Under the pieces are notes generated by a model. The model searched no databases. It saw nothing but the letters and a program-made list of their open reading frames with translations, and was not told where the DNA came from. Below are positions 52,443 to 61,220 of a stretch of 64,000 bases of DNA, piece by piece. The DNA is taken from positions 248,001-312,000 of IMG/VR virus record IMGVR_UViG_3300026078_000017; one strand, written 5' to 3'. The first letter of the stretch is position 1; the number at the start of each line of letters is the position of its first letter. Position numbers and translations under genes: made by a program.

Positions 52443-53568
52443 ACATGGCGTCTATTCTCGCTTCAGCACGAAAAATCCTTTGAAGTGGTCTCTAAATTAC
52501 GACCAGATCGAAGCGAAGGATGCAGATCCGATCGCTCAGGAGTGTCGTGGTCTGGTTCTTGCGACGGAAGAGCCGTTGGCAGACATGGATCCGACGCTTG
52601 GCGCAATGGGCGTTACGGTTGGCGAGACGAAGATTCGTGGTCTTCCCATGGGACGGTTTTTCAACTACGGCCAGGGCTCTGCCGCTACGGTTGACCTGGA
52701 TTCGCCTGACACGCGCTTCTGTGAGAAGCTCGACGGAACCCTGTGCATCATGTATTGGGATCGTCACCTTGGAGAGTGGTCCATTGCCACGCGATCTGTT
52801 CCAGACGCTGACCTTCCTATGGATGGTTTTGGCAATCAGACGTTCACGGATCTCTTCTGGAAGGCTTTTAAGGCTTCTGGTGGAATGATTTCGCAGTTGG
52901 ACTATGCACGTGGGTGGCATACCTTCTGTTTCGAGCTTTGCACGCCCGATAACCAGATTGTGGTCAAGTACCCGGACTACAAGGTTTATCTCCTGGCTGC
53001 TCGTGAGAACGAGACCGGAATCAACATGGATCCTCAGCCTTGGGCGGTCCAGATGTCGGTGGAGTGTGCTCCGACGTATCGTTTCGGCTCCACGGACGAA
53101 ATGCTGAATTTCGTTTCCTCGCGAAATCCCTTGGCTCACGAGGGAATCGTCGTTGTTGACAAGGACTTCAATCGAGTCAAGGTCAAGAATGCGGGATATC
53201 TCGCTTACAACAAGATCAAGGACTCTGTTGCAAAGTCTCCTCGTGCGGTAATGGAGATCGTTCTTCTTGGCAAGGAAGACGACGTTATGCCGCTCGTTCC
53301 CGAGCATGTGCAGAAGGTCATCCTTGACACCAAGGATCGCCTGGCGGCATTTTTGCGAGTCACGGACGAGGAATACACGGCTTGCTATCACACGGACCGT
53401 AAGACGTTTGCTCTTGCCATTCAGGCGGGTTCTGGTAACATGGGACCACAGATGGCACGATGGTCGGGAAAGTGTGCTTCTACCAAGGACTGGATCTTCT
53501 CTCAGCGGAAGGATGGAAATTGGTCAGATGGGTTCCTTGACTCGCTTATGCGTATGTGTAAGGAATAA
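52387..53568 (+). CDS. T4 Rnl1-like RNA ligase
   Basis: RFFNY, EKLDGT (motif I), FEL..P.NQIVV.Y, EGIVV (IV), RVKVK (V). Confidence 0.9.
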   Translation: MLKVQEYLLTHTLNDLAREHGVYSRFSTKNPLKWSLNYDQIEAKDADPIAQECRGLVLATEEPLADMDPTLGAMGVTVGETKIRGLPMGRFFNYGQGSAATVDLDSPDTRFCEKLDGTLCIMYWDRHLGEWSIATRSVPDADLPMDGFGNQTFTDLFWKAFKASGGMISQLDYARGWHTFCFELCTPDNQIVVKYPDYKVYLLAARENETGINMDPQPWAVQMSVECAPTYRFGSTDEMLNFVSSRNPLAHEGIVVVDKDFNRVKVKNAGYLAYNKIKDSVAKSPRAVMEIVLLGKEDDVMPLVPEHVQKVILDTKDRLAAFLRVTDEEYTACYHTDRKTFALAIQAGSGNMGPQMARWSGKCASTKDWIFSQRKDGNWSDGFLDSLMRMCKE

Positions 53569-53843
53569 TGGGAACAGACTGGCGGATTGAGGTAGTCCCT
53601 GGTGCTCATCCAGAGCATGTCGGGGACTATTTTCAATTGACAGCATATCGCGTGAATCTCATGTGGCTTCCCAAAAACACCCTATCTGCCTTAAATGAAA
53701 CATGGAGGGTTTCTGACATAGCCCTTTATCTAGGAAACAATGAGTTTCTGGTTAATGGAGAAAGGCTTGTTATGTTTAATGACCTTCATCTTGATTGGAA
53801 TTTCTACTTGACGCCAGCAAAGATCCTACCGAAGGACGACTGA
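53568..53843 (+). CDS. small protein (YLG subfamily)
   Basis: HVGDYF...LYLGNNEF. Confidence 0.7.
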   Translation: MGTDWRIEVVPGAHPEHVGDYFQLTAYRVNLMWLPKNTLSALNETWRVSDIALYLGNNEFLVNGERLVMFNDLHLDWNFYLTPAKILPKDD

Positions 53844-53845
53844 AA

Positions 53846-54130
53846 ATGTCACAGGATTTGAATCAAACACGTCCAATTGGCGGACATGCTGATAAAATCG
53901 GTGAGCTTTTTGTCATGTGTGTGGATCGTCCAGGTCCAATAAGGTGGAATTCCTCAGACTTGTTAGATGATGCCTGGTATCCTGAGGATGTTGTCATGTA
54001 TCTTGGTGACAACATGTTTTGGTGGATTAAAGGAAATTACTTGCGCGAAGTTTATTCTAAGCTAGAACCTTGGGACGACTGGTTTAGTCCTTGGAAGCCC
54101 ACATGCACAACTTCACAAAAGTCAGGATGA
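53846..54130 (+). CDS. small protein (YLG subfamily)
   Basis: IGELF...MYLGDNMF. Confidence 0.7.
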   Translation: MSQDLNQTRPIGGHADKIGELFVMCVDRPGPIRWNSSDLLDDAWYPEDVVMYLGDNMFWWIKGNYLREVYSKLEPWDDWFSPWKPTCTTSQKSG

Positions 54131-54402
54131 ACAAAAAGGCCAAGAAGATCTGGGACCAACGGATTGGAAGCCTCTTTGTTTTCAACAAAGAGGGCTACAA
54201 ATATCCTCGATGGGACCTTGAGCCTATCGTTCCTATCGAGTCAAGAAGTTCAACTCTAAAAAAATCCTCGGTGGATCATTGGGGATTTATTTTGTATCTT
54301 GGTGAAGACCTGTTTTTCTCTTATGGGCTTAACCACAAGATTAGGATGATGAGTGACATGTTTGAGTGGGATGGTTGGCTCAAGTCTGTCGATCAGGAGT
54401 AA
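54127..54402 (+). CDS. small protein (YLG subfamily)
   Basis: IGSLF...LYLGEDLF. Confidence 0.7.
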   Translation: MNKKAKKIWDQRIGSLFVFNKEGYKYPRWDLEPIVPIESRSSTLKKSSVDHWGFILYLGEDLFFSYGLNHKIRMMSDMFEWDGWLKSVDQE

Positions 54403-54406
54403 GACA

Positions 54407-54820
54407 ATGGGAGCTTGGGGAACAGAACCAAAAGATAATGACGAGTCAGCCGACTTGTTTTACGAGATTGAGACCACGTGGGATGCTTGTGGTCTTGAAA
54501 TTGCTACTCGTAATCTTCATGGACAACTCAAGACCACCGAAACGAATTATTCGGATGGCACACAACGCAAGTTTGAACTACTTGGAATGACTCAGTTGTT
54601 TTTCGACAAACTTGAAGAAGGTTACGAAGGATCTCTTACCTACGACAACCTGTGGAAAGATGAACTGATTCCTGACATTTTGTGGACATGTCATCAATAT
54701 GCCCAGGATTGCCTAAACGACACACCCTGGCAAAAGCAGTGGATGGAAACACAAAAACTGGTGGACAATCTTCATCTCTTCAAAAAGAACACCCTGGAAC
54801 TTGTCAAGAAAACATTGTGA
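54407..54820 (+). CDS. DUF4259-like protein
   Basis: MGAWGTEPKDNDESAD N-terminus; AGGAG RBS. Confidence 0.6.
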   Translation: MGAWGTEPKDNDESADLFYEIETTWDACGLEIATRNLHGQLKTTETNYSDGTQRKFELLGMTQLFFDKLEEGYEGSLTYDNLWKDELIPDILWTCHQYAQDCLNDTPWQKQWMETQKLVDNLHLFKKNTLELVKKTL

Positions 54821-54875
54821 GCATTGACAACATTTAATGGACATGATAGACTTGTTATCTTAATGGAGAAAAATA

Positions 54876-55073
54876 GTGAAGATCATTATTCGTGAGTCGG
54901 ATTTTTCAACTGGAACTTCAAAGAGTGTTGCTGGTCAGGCGGTTCGTTATGCTGTCATTGACCTTATGAACTCTCATCAGCTTGACAGATTTTTCCGTGC
55001 CAAGCGAGTGTGGTGGGATTCTTCCAAAGTAGTCAACAAGAATATCTTGTCTGGCCTTGTGTTTGAGGAGTGA
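54876..55073 (+). CDS. hypothetical protein
   Basis: Own promoter, GGAG RBS. Confidence 0.6.
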   Translation: MKIIIRESDFSTGTSKSVAGQAVRYAVIDLMNSHQLDRFFRAKRVWWDSSKVVNKNILSGLVFEE

Positions 55074-55076
55074 CAT

Positions 55077-55301
55077 ATGAGAGTACTTGCCAAAAACTAT
55101 GCCATTTTTGAGCGTGACAAGAGAAAGAAAACCGCTCCAAAACGCATCCATAACTCGATGCTTCCAGCCGGATCTCCGATGTATTTCTATTGTCTGTCAT
55201 GCAATCACCTCTGTGATGTTTTGCCAGAATCCTACACCTGTCGCCCAAAGAACTATTGTGAAGAGTGTCAGCCTTTGGTAGACAAAGGTTGGATTCGATG
55301 A
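55077..55301 (+). CDS. small zinc-finger protein
   Basis: AGSPMYFYCLSC...CEEC. Confidence 0.75.
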   Translation: MRVLAKNYAIFERDKRKKTAPKRIHNSMLPAGSPMYFYCLSCNHLCDVLPESYTCRPKNYCEECQPLVDKGWIR

Positions 55302-55498
55302 AGAATGTGCCAGAAATTGGCGACGTCTACTTAAACGAAGCACAGTTGCCCCAATATGGCAACACCATTCTGATTTTAGACATAATGCTTAATCAAACAA
55401 TTTTGTGGTTTCAGGTATACGAGTTAGACAGACAAAAAAAGGCTATGAGGTCAGAATATGAAATCTCCTCATATTACAAAAAGGTAACAGAAACATGA
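55298..55498 (+). CDS. small SH3/KOW-like protein (GD family)
   Basis: PEIGDVY...ILILD. Confidence 0.7.
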   Translation: MKNVPEIGDVYLNEAQLPQYGNTILILDIMLNQTILWFQVYELDRQKKAMRSEYEISSYYKKVTET

Positions 55499-55704
55499 CA
55501 AATCCATTCGCTCCGCACACCAAGTTTATCATCGAAGGCACCCAACAGGAGCTTGAGACGCTTCACAAGGCTCTCAGTGCCGTTCTGAGTGACCCAAATA
55601 ATGGTCAGGCTCAGGTCATCACAGACAAGTTCAACGTGATTTTCCGCAAGGATGACTCAAGCGGAACCCAAGGTGGCTTGGATGAAGTTGACGACGGCAA
55701 CTGA
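55495..55704 (+). CDS. hypothetical protein
   Basis: ATGA-coupled, GC-rich codons. Confidence 0.65.
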   Translation: MTNPFAPHTKFIIEGTQQELETLHKALSAVLSDPNNGQAQVITDKFNVIFRKDDSSGTQGGLDEVDDGN

Positions 55705-55722
55705 ATCTGCTAATCTTCAAGA

Positions 55723-55998
55723 ATGCAACTAACCCTTGAAGACCTCAAAGACTTGAAAAGTGCTGATGACTTCAAAGAATGGGGTTGGCTAATTTTTAAT
55801 CGTGGTGGTCAAGTTAAAATCCTTGAACCAGGAAGTCAGCCGCTAAAACTCAGCGAAGCATATAAAGCCACTGTCATGTTGCGTTGGCATTGGGATGCCG
55901 ATGACATGTGGGTTTTCAAGAATATGTGGGGCGAAACTGGAGTTTGGGTTTCACAAACCACCATTAGTCAAAGACCAAATCATGACAACCTTGGTTGA
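55723..55998 (+). CDS. hypothetical protein
   Basis: Follows promoter TTGACG..TGCTAATCT. Confidence 0.65.
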   Translation: MQLTLEDLKDLKSADDFKEWGWLIFNRGGQVKILEPGSQPLKLSEAYKATVMLRWHWDADDMWVFKNMWGETGVWVSQTTISQRPNHDNLG

Positions 55999-56257
55999 TC
56001 TCACACCTTTGGATGAGCCTTTGGTTCATGGCGACTTGTTGCAACATCGTCTCAATGAACGATATTATGTTGTCATTCTTGGTCCAGGAAAAGACTGGCA
56101 TGTCGAGGATGACGAAAGATTGCGTCAAACCAAACTTGAGATAAAGCAAGGAAAAACCTGGAATATCTTCATGATGATCGATGAAGGTTTCAGGTCTAAC
56201 ATGTGTGAGGAAGCTATTCGACTTGACTTCCAAAAGGTGCTATTGGAAGAGAAATAA
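55982..56257 (+). CDS. small SH3/KOW-like protein (GD family)
   Basis: LVHGDLL...YVVILGPG. Confidence 0.7.
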   Translation: MTTLVDLTPLDEPLVHGDLLQHRLNERYYVVILGPGKDWHVEDDERLRQTKLEIKQGKTWNIFMMIDEGFRSNMCEEAIRLDFQKVLLEEK

Positions 56258-56260
56258 CCC

Positions 56261-56509
56261 ATGTCAATCCCTAACAGTTATGTTTTTTGTCCTGGTGATA
56301 CTTGCATTAGGTTTCTTGATGATGGCCGTGTTTATGACACCTATTTGTTGCTTGAACACAATAATCACAATGATTGGAAGGTTCTACAACTTTCTGACAA
56401 TAAAATATTGGGCTTGTCAAGACTCTATTGTAAAACGTATTGGTTTCTTCTTGACGACCCTATGGTTGTAGAGTATCTTACACAGAGTTTCCCAAAGGAA
56501 GAGAAATAA
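56261..56509 (+). CDS. small SH3/KOW-like protein (GD family)
   Basis: FCPGDT...YLLLE...WKVL. Confidence 0.7.
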   Translation: MSIPNSYVFCPGDTCIRFLDDGRVYDTYLLLEHNNHNDWKVLQLSDNKILGLSRLYCKTYWFLLDDPMVVEYLTQSFPKEEK

Positions 56510-56511
56510 TC

Positions 56512-56796
56512 ATGAGTAAAAAGACGAAGGCAAAGGCGAAGGACAAGCGTGCAGCAGAGAAGCGCTCGCGGAAGGCGAGTCAGAAGGCTCAGTATCAGGC
56601 ATGGGCAGCGGCTGGTGTGACGAAGGGCAGCAAGCGTCAGCGAAGCAAGAAGGCTTCTGACTACAAGCTCTTGAATCCCCGCAAGAAGGGTCGTACGAGG
56701 ATTCCGTTCCCGGTTCACCTGTGGTTGGACAAGAACGGCAAGCTCAAGGCTGGTGCTCCGCATCGTGCTTGGCTTGAGCTTAATCGTCAGTCGTGA
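56512..56796 (+). CDS. highly basic protein
   Basis: K/R-rich, GC-rich codons. Confidence 0.75.
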   Translation: MSKKTKAKAKDKRAAEKRSRKASQKAQYQAWAAAGVTKGSKRQRSKKASDYKLLNPRKKGRTRIPFPVHLWLDKNGKLKAGAPHRAWLELNRQS

Positions 56797-57095
56797 CGAT
56801 TGAGAGACAAATTCCGGAAGATGTACGTGTGGGTGATATTGTTGAATTCACCTTCACGTACATCTATAAAAGTCCCACATCCTTGCCGCCAGTAAAAGAA
56901 ATCTGGCGTGCACTGATTTTAGAGCTTGTTGGTAATGATGAGTGGAAAGTGTTTGTTCTCAAGAACGACACATATCCTACACAGAACAATAGCGTTCACT
57001 TTTGGAGCACCAAGCAAGCTAGTAACGAAACAGTAGAAATTATTGGGTCAGTTGACATGGAAGATTTTCCTGCTAGTCTTAAGGAAAGAGGGTAA
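56793..57095 (+). CDS. small SH3/KOW-like protein (GD family)
   Basis: VRVGDIVEF...LILE...WKVF. Confidence 0.75.
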   Translation: MTIERQIPEDVRVGDIVEFTFTYIYKSPTSLPPVKEIWRALILELVGNDEWKVFVLKNDTYPTQNNSVHFWSTKQASNETVEIIGSVDMEDFPASLKERG

Positions 57096-57099
57096 ACTC

Positions 57100-57441
57100 A
57101 TGGAACTCACGAATCGAATGTTGATTGGCCTTGGACGCGCAATTGGCGCTACGACGGAAGCTGGTCGTAGTGCTCATGGGTGGATTCGTCTGGCACGGGT
57201 TCGCTCACGTCAGGATGAGAACAAGAATACCTACGTGATCGCCATCCGTGAGACCAAGCAGGGACTTCAGTTCGGATGTTCTTGTCCTCATTGGATCTAT
57301 CGTGTGCGACACAACCCGGGCGCCCTTTGCAAGCACCAGGAGCTTTTTCTAGGCCACACGGCAGGAACCGCACCCAAGACCGGGGTTTGGCTCTATCGTG
57401 CCGGGAAGGCATTTTTGCAGCAGACGCAGAAGGGTACGTGA
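57100..57441 (+). CDS. SWIM zinc-finger protein
   Basis: GCSCPHWIYR...CKH. Confidence 0.8.
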   Translation: MELTNRMLIGLGRAIGATTEAGRSAHGWIRLARVRSRQDENKNTYVIAIRETKQGLQFGCSCPHWIYRVRHNPGALCKHQELFLGHTAGTAPKTGVWLYRAGKAFLQQTQKGT

Positions 57442-57445
57442 CCTC

Positions 57446-57844
57446 ATGACCTACGCAATCGCAAACGTGGTGTATGGCATCGACCTCACCTATGATGAGA
57501 ATTGGCTCAAGGAACTGCCCAAGGAACTTGAACAAAGTTTCGATGACAATCCTGAGAACATTGGGATTACCACCGACTACTCGGGAAATGGTGAGCGTCC
57601 CATGTGGTTTGGGATTAAGCTGTGTGAGTTTGACGAGTGTCAGACCATTCGTCTGGACGAGATCGCCAAGTACAACAATCCCACGGATGAAATCAAGCAA
57701 AAGTGGGCAAAGAAGGTTGAGAATCTCGACCCCGAGCTTCACAAGATTTTGATTGATCATTTCGGTAGGTCAAATCCGGTTCCGGATGGAAGTGGCGGTC
57801 ATTCTTTGAGGCCGGAAGTTCTTATTATTTGGAGTAGCTCTTAA
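57446..57844 (+). CDS. hypothetical protein
   Basis: VVYGI...WFGI; GC-rich codons. Confidence 0.7.
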   Translation: MTYAIANVVYGIDLTYDENWLKELPKELEQSFDDNPENIGITTDYSGNGERPMWFGIKLCEFDECQTIRLDEIAKYNNPTDEIKQKWAKKVENLDPELHKILIDHFGRSNPVPDGSGGHSLRPEVLIIWSSS

Positions 57845-57858
57845 CAAAAGGGAAAACA

Positions 57859-58044
57859 ATGAAAACATACATGCAGGCGGTGTGGATTTTGGCTTTTGGC
57901 ATTGCTGGTTACATGATTGGAGAGGCAGTGTTTTCCACTCCAACTGAACGTGCAGAAACCGCATGCCACCAAAGCTGTGGGTATCATGGAGTTGCCAGCT
58001 TTTCCTCTGACTCTAGTGGCAATGTGACTTGTACCTGTCGCTAA
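57859..58044 (+). CDS. membrane protein with Cys-rich C-terminus
   Basis: TM helix, C-x3-C...CTC. Confidence 0.65.
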   Translation: MKTYMQAVWILAFGIAGYMIGEAVFSTPTERAETACHQSCGYHGVASFSSDSSGNVTCTCR

Positions 58045-58086
58045 TTCTGCTATCTTTTGACTTCACCTGGTCAAAGGAGCAAGGCA

Positions 58087-58734
58087 ATGAGTTTTCGCGA
58101 TAATCAAGTTGCACGTGAGGAACGTGAAAAGGTTGAGCTTCGGGATCGTGTTCTTTCCTTGAAAGAGGAGAATGAACGCCTTGCCCGTGAGCTTGCAATT
58201 GCCAAGCACAAGGAAGAGCAGACGGCTGAGGAAGATGCAATCGTCAATCGGCACAAGTACCTTGACAAGGTTGCTGTCCTTTTCGAAAAGATTTCCTATC
58301 CCTTCGTTGCCCTTGGCCGAGGGATTTTCGCCGTTCTTTCCTTTCCTGCAAGGATTTTCTCCTCACGACCAAACAAGGCTGAGGCTTTGGGTGGTATGTT
58401 CATTGCCTTGACCATTCTGACCATTGTTGGTTGTCTCGTTTGGCAGGAGTTTTATGCCGAGCGTGATGGTTATGTGGTTGGAAAGAACTACTATCCCGAG
58501 CATGAATCTTGTTCTTGGGAAGAAACCTGCACTGGTTCTGGTTCAACCCGATCCTGTACCAGCAACTACGTGTGTCACACTGTGCCTCCACAGTGGACTC
58601 TTGACATTGCTTATCAGGGCAATTCTGCCACATGGTCAGTTTCTGAGTCAGACTACGAAGCCACACAATATGGTGAGTGGTTTTGTGCTCGCGACCTTCT
58701 CCACACGGACCCTTGTGTCCAACCCCCACGATGA
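58087..58734 (+). CDS. coiled-coil membrane protein with Cys-containing extracytoplasmic domain
   Basis: N-terminal coiled coil, TM helix, C-terminal beta domain. Confidence 0.75.
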   Translation: MSFRDNQVAREEREKVELRDRVLSLKEENERLARELAIAKHKEEQTAEEDAIVNRHKYLDKVAVLFEKISYPFVALGRGIFAVLSFPARIFSSRPNKAEALGGMFIALTILTIVGCLVWQEFYAERDGYVVGKNYYPEHESCSWEETCTGSGSTRSCTSNYVCHTVPPQWTLDIAYQGNSATWSVSESDYEATQYGEWFCARDLLHTDPCVQPPR

Positions 58735-59042
58735 CTCACAATTCACTCATTTACTTCAATCACTCACAAACTGCTGATTGGAGAAATTTAAATCTGGAGT
58801 ATGCCTCACGGCTTTTCGATCGATGGATTGGAGAAGTCTTTGTGTGCCATGCCAATTATGTTGGTATGTCATCATCCAAGCCGACATTTTGGATTTATCT
58901 AGATGAGGGTAATTTCCTTGTTTGTTGTGGAAATTACGGCGGCATAGATGGAACCCTTGAATTTTTGATTGCCAAATCCTCAGCCAAAGTCTTGGTTAAG
59001 ATTAACGATTTCGACAATTTCTTTAAGAAGGCTGATGACTGA
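58731..59042 (+). CDS. small protein (YLG-like subfamily)
   Basis: HSQTADW...IGEVF...IYLDEGNF. Confidence 0.65.
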   Translation: MTHNSLIYFNHSQTADWRNLNLEYASRLFDRWIGEVFVCHANYVGMSSSKPTFWIYLDEGNFLVCCGNYGGIDGTLEFLIAKSSAKVLVKINDFDNFFKKADD

Positions 59043-59295
59043 CCTTAAGGATTTTTGTGCCAACACAACCGTGTTGGTGAGTACGGACAACATCAACTTC
59101 TGTGACCACACAGAGGCTGACTGGATGCGTTTTGCTGGTGAGTTTTATCAGCATGCTTACACAAACGACACATTTATGTTCCTTGGCAAGTTTGTTAATA
59201 GTTGTTTGATATTTTGGAACTTGAATCAAAATACCATCGTAGAAATTCCTCTCTCTGGTTTTTACCGCCTTTTAAGGATATCTAAAGAACCTTAG
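59035..59295 (+). CDS. small protein (YLG-like subfamily)
   Basis: HTEADW...AGEFY...FMFLG. Confidence 0.65.
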   Translation: MTDLKDFCANTTVLVSTDNINFCDHTEADWMRFAGEFYQHAYTNDTFMFLGKFVNSCLIFWNLNQNTIVEIPLSGFYRLLRISKEP

Positions 59296-59319
59296 ATGCT
59301 GTAAACTGACCCTAAGACG

Positions 59320-59589
59320 ATGAGCAAACCACTCCTCTTAGATAAACGCCAAGTAAAAGCCTTAAAAACAGGTGACCTGATCGAAATTGACTTCACACAG
59401 TTTCGTAGGATGAAAGACTCTCAGGTAGGCCAGTTTCTCTTTCTGAGTCACTGCAAGGTAACAGACTTCATCTCTGGCAAAACTGCCAGGGGAGTTGAAC
59501 TGGTGGCATTAACTACCGAAAGGAAGTGTTATCTTACCTATGAGCATCTGTGTGGACTATGGACAACGAGATTAGTTTCGAGAATTTAA
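59320..59589 (+). CDS. small SH3/KOW-like protein (GD family)
   Basis: LKTGDLIE...FLFL...LVSR. Confidence 0.75.
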   Translation: MSKPLLLDKRQVKALKTGDLIEIDFTQFRRMKDSQVGQFLFLSHCKVTDFISGKTARGVELVALTTERKCYLTYEHLCGLWTTRLVSRI

Positions 59590-59876
59590 CTCCAAGTGAC
59601 CTAATAGGTTGTATTCTTTGGACAACAGAAATGTTTTCTGAGTCAACTCCTAAAAATGGAGATCCTCATCTCATTCTTGAAGCTGGATATGACCACATCC
59701 AAAATGTCATAAGACCACCCGTCTTTCAGGTGAAGCTTCTTCATATCGCCCGTAACTTTGTTTTCAAGACTCGATGGGATGGTTATGAAAACTGGAGTCA
59801 CATGTTATTGCAGAGTGTCAACGGTCAAACCTTCCAGGTGATTGGAAGGGGAGAGGTCTTGACCAGATTTAGATGA
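59559..59876 (+). CDS. small SH3-like protein (GD family, divergent)
   Basis: LIGCIL...HLILE...VKLL. Confidence 0.6.
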   Translation: MDNEISFENLTPSDLIGCILWTTEMFSESTPKNGDPHLILEAGYDHIQNVIRPPVFQVKLLHIARNFVFKTRWDGYENWSHMLLQSVNGQTFQVIGRGEVLTRFR

Positions 59877-60190
59877 CTTATAAGCTGCCACCTGTTGCAT
59901 ACCAGTGGGATCCCAAATACAAAGTCGACCCACCATTTGAGGTGGGTGATCTGGTCATGCTTAAAGAAGCAAAATACATCATGAATCCAGCAACCAAGAT
60001 GTATTTTCCAAAGTTCTTTTATGGAATGGCGATTGTCCTTGAAAACAAAAAAATCACTCTGTCAAGCGGAGAAAACTCCGTTGAGGAGTTTTGCTTTACT
60101 GTATTTTGGCACCTTAAGGAACAGATCAAAATCGCCACATATGTGTGGGATGGCTCTATCACTCTGGTGAGTCATAAACCCGAACAATAA
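59873..60190 (+). CDS. small SH3/KOW-like protein (GD family)
   Basis: PFEVGDLVM...IVLE. Confidence 0.75.
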   Translation: MTYKLPPVAYQWDPKYKVDPPFEVGDLVMLKEAKYIMNPATKMYFPKFFYGMAIVLENKKITLSSGENSVEEFCFTVFWHLKEQIKIATYVWDGSITLVSHKPEQ

Positions 60191-60389
60191 ACACACGCCC
60201 GTATTCGCGTTTGGTCACAGGGTTTGTTACCATGTTGCCAATAATGTCAAACTCGGGCTGAATGAGGATTTTCTCTATATAGCCATCAGCTTCTGATGCC
60301 AGCCACACGTCATTCCAGGAAAGGAACTTTCCATCCTTTTCTACCTTGTAAGACAAATATCCTATCTGACCACGTGTCATCGTTTCCAT
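60159..60389 (-). CDS. hypothetical protein
   Basis: In operon. Confidence 0.6.
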   Translation of the reverse strand: METMTRGQIGYLSYKVEKDGKFLSWNDVWLASEADGYIEKILIQPEFDIIGNMVTNPVTKREYGRVFIVRVYDSPE

Positions 60390-60390
60390 G

Positions 60391-60654
60391 TTACTCGGTC
60401 ACTTTCTCCAACCACCACTCCGGATATAACTTGATGGACATTTTGGTTTGGGTGTTCAGATTCAACAGAATTATGCGTTCAACCTGAATTGGTAGTCCAG
60501 ACGGGTGGGTTAGAGGACGTAACTCGCCTTCAGAAACACCAAGTGTTGGTACTGTCTCAATTGCAAGAACCAAGTATTTTGTGTTAAGTAAGTTGCCTCT
60601 GTAGCGAACTTGAACAATGTCAGAAAGGGCAATGCCCTGAGAAAGAGTGTCCAT
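60391..60654 (-). CDS. small SH3/KOW-like protein (GD family)
   Basis: LSDIVQ...KYLVL...LLNL. Confidence 0.65.
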   Translation of the reverse strand: MDTLSQGIALSDIVQVRYRGNLLNTKYLVLAIETVPTLGVSEGELRPLTHPSGLPIQVERIILLNLNTQTKMSIKLYPEWWLEKVTE

Positions 60655-60694
60655 CTTTTGGAAGCTTAACACTTGTCACACCAAAGTGCAATCA

Positions 60695-60732
60695 AAAACA
60701 AATCGAGCCACCCAGCTTTATGAGTGGCTCGA
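60695..60732 (-). terminator. intrinsic terminator
   Basis: TCGAGCCAC...GTGGCTCGA then U-rich on minus strand. Confidence 0.7.
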
Positions 60733-60759
60733 CTTGGAGATTGGAACCTTTGCAGGTTT

Positions 60760-61068
60760 TCAGGCAGCCGTCACCGGCGCAGGGCGAACCGTCACGGCCA
60801 GGTCCGTGAGAACCTCACGCGACTTGATCATGAAGTACCCGTGCTCGTGGCGCGCAATCACGGTCGTGTTCGGCAGGCCGAGCTGAGCACGAAGCAGCGC
60901 GAACGCCTGGCGCCGAATCTGCTTCTCCGTCGCACCCTCGCGCATGAGGCGCTCACACCCGACCAGCGAGAGGTACACGCGGGCATTCGCCTGCGGGCGA
61001 CCAGCGCCCTCCGAGTGAGCACTACGAGCAACCTGAGCAGCCGTCACAGTAAGATTCATCGTCGTCAT
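60760..61068 (-). CDS. hypothetical protein
   Basis: Very GC-rich, AAAGAAAGAAGGATA leader, own promoter and terminator. Confidence 0.8.
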   Translation of the reverse strand: MTTMNLTVTAAQVARSAHSEGAGRPQANARVYLSLVGCERLMREGATEKQIRRQAFALLRAQLGLPNTTVIARHEHGYFMIKSREVLTDLAVTVRPAPVTAA

Positions 61069-61220
61069 TGTGGTATCCTTCTTTCTTTCTTGTTTGGTTT
61101 CTTGTTGTTTGGGAACAGGCACTAGAACTTTTGCTTCTTCTTTTTCTCTTCGGCGATCTCGCCAACAACTTAGGTTTAGCAGAACTCCCATTGTGGTCAA
61201 CCTCTTTCTGATCTTTTCTT

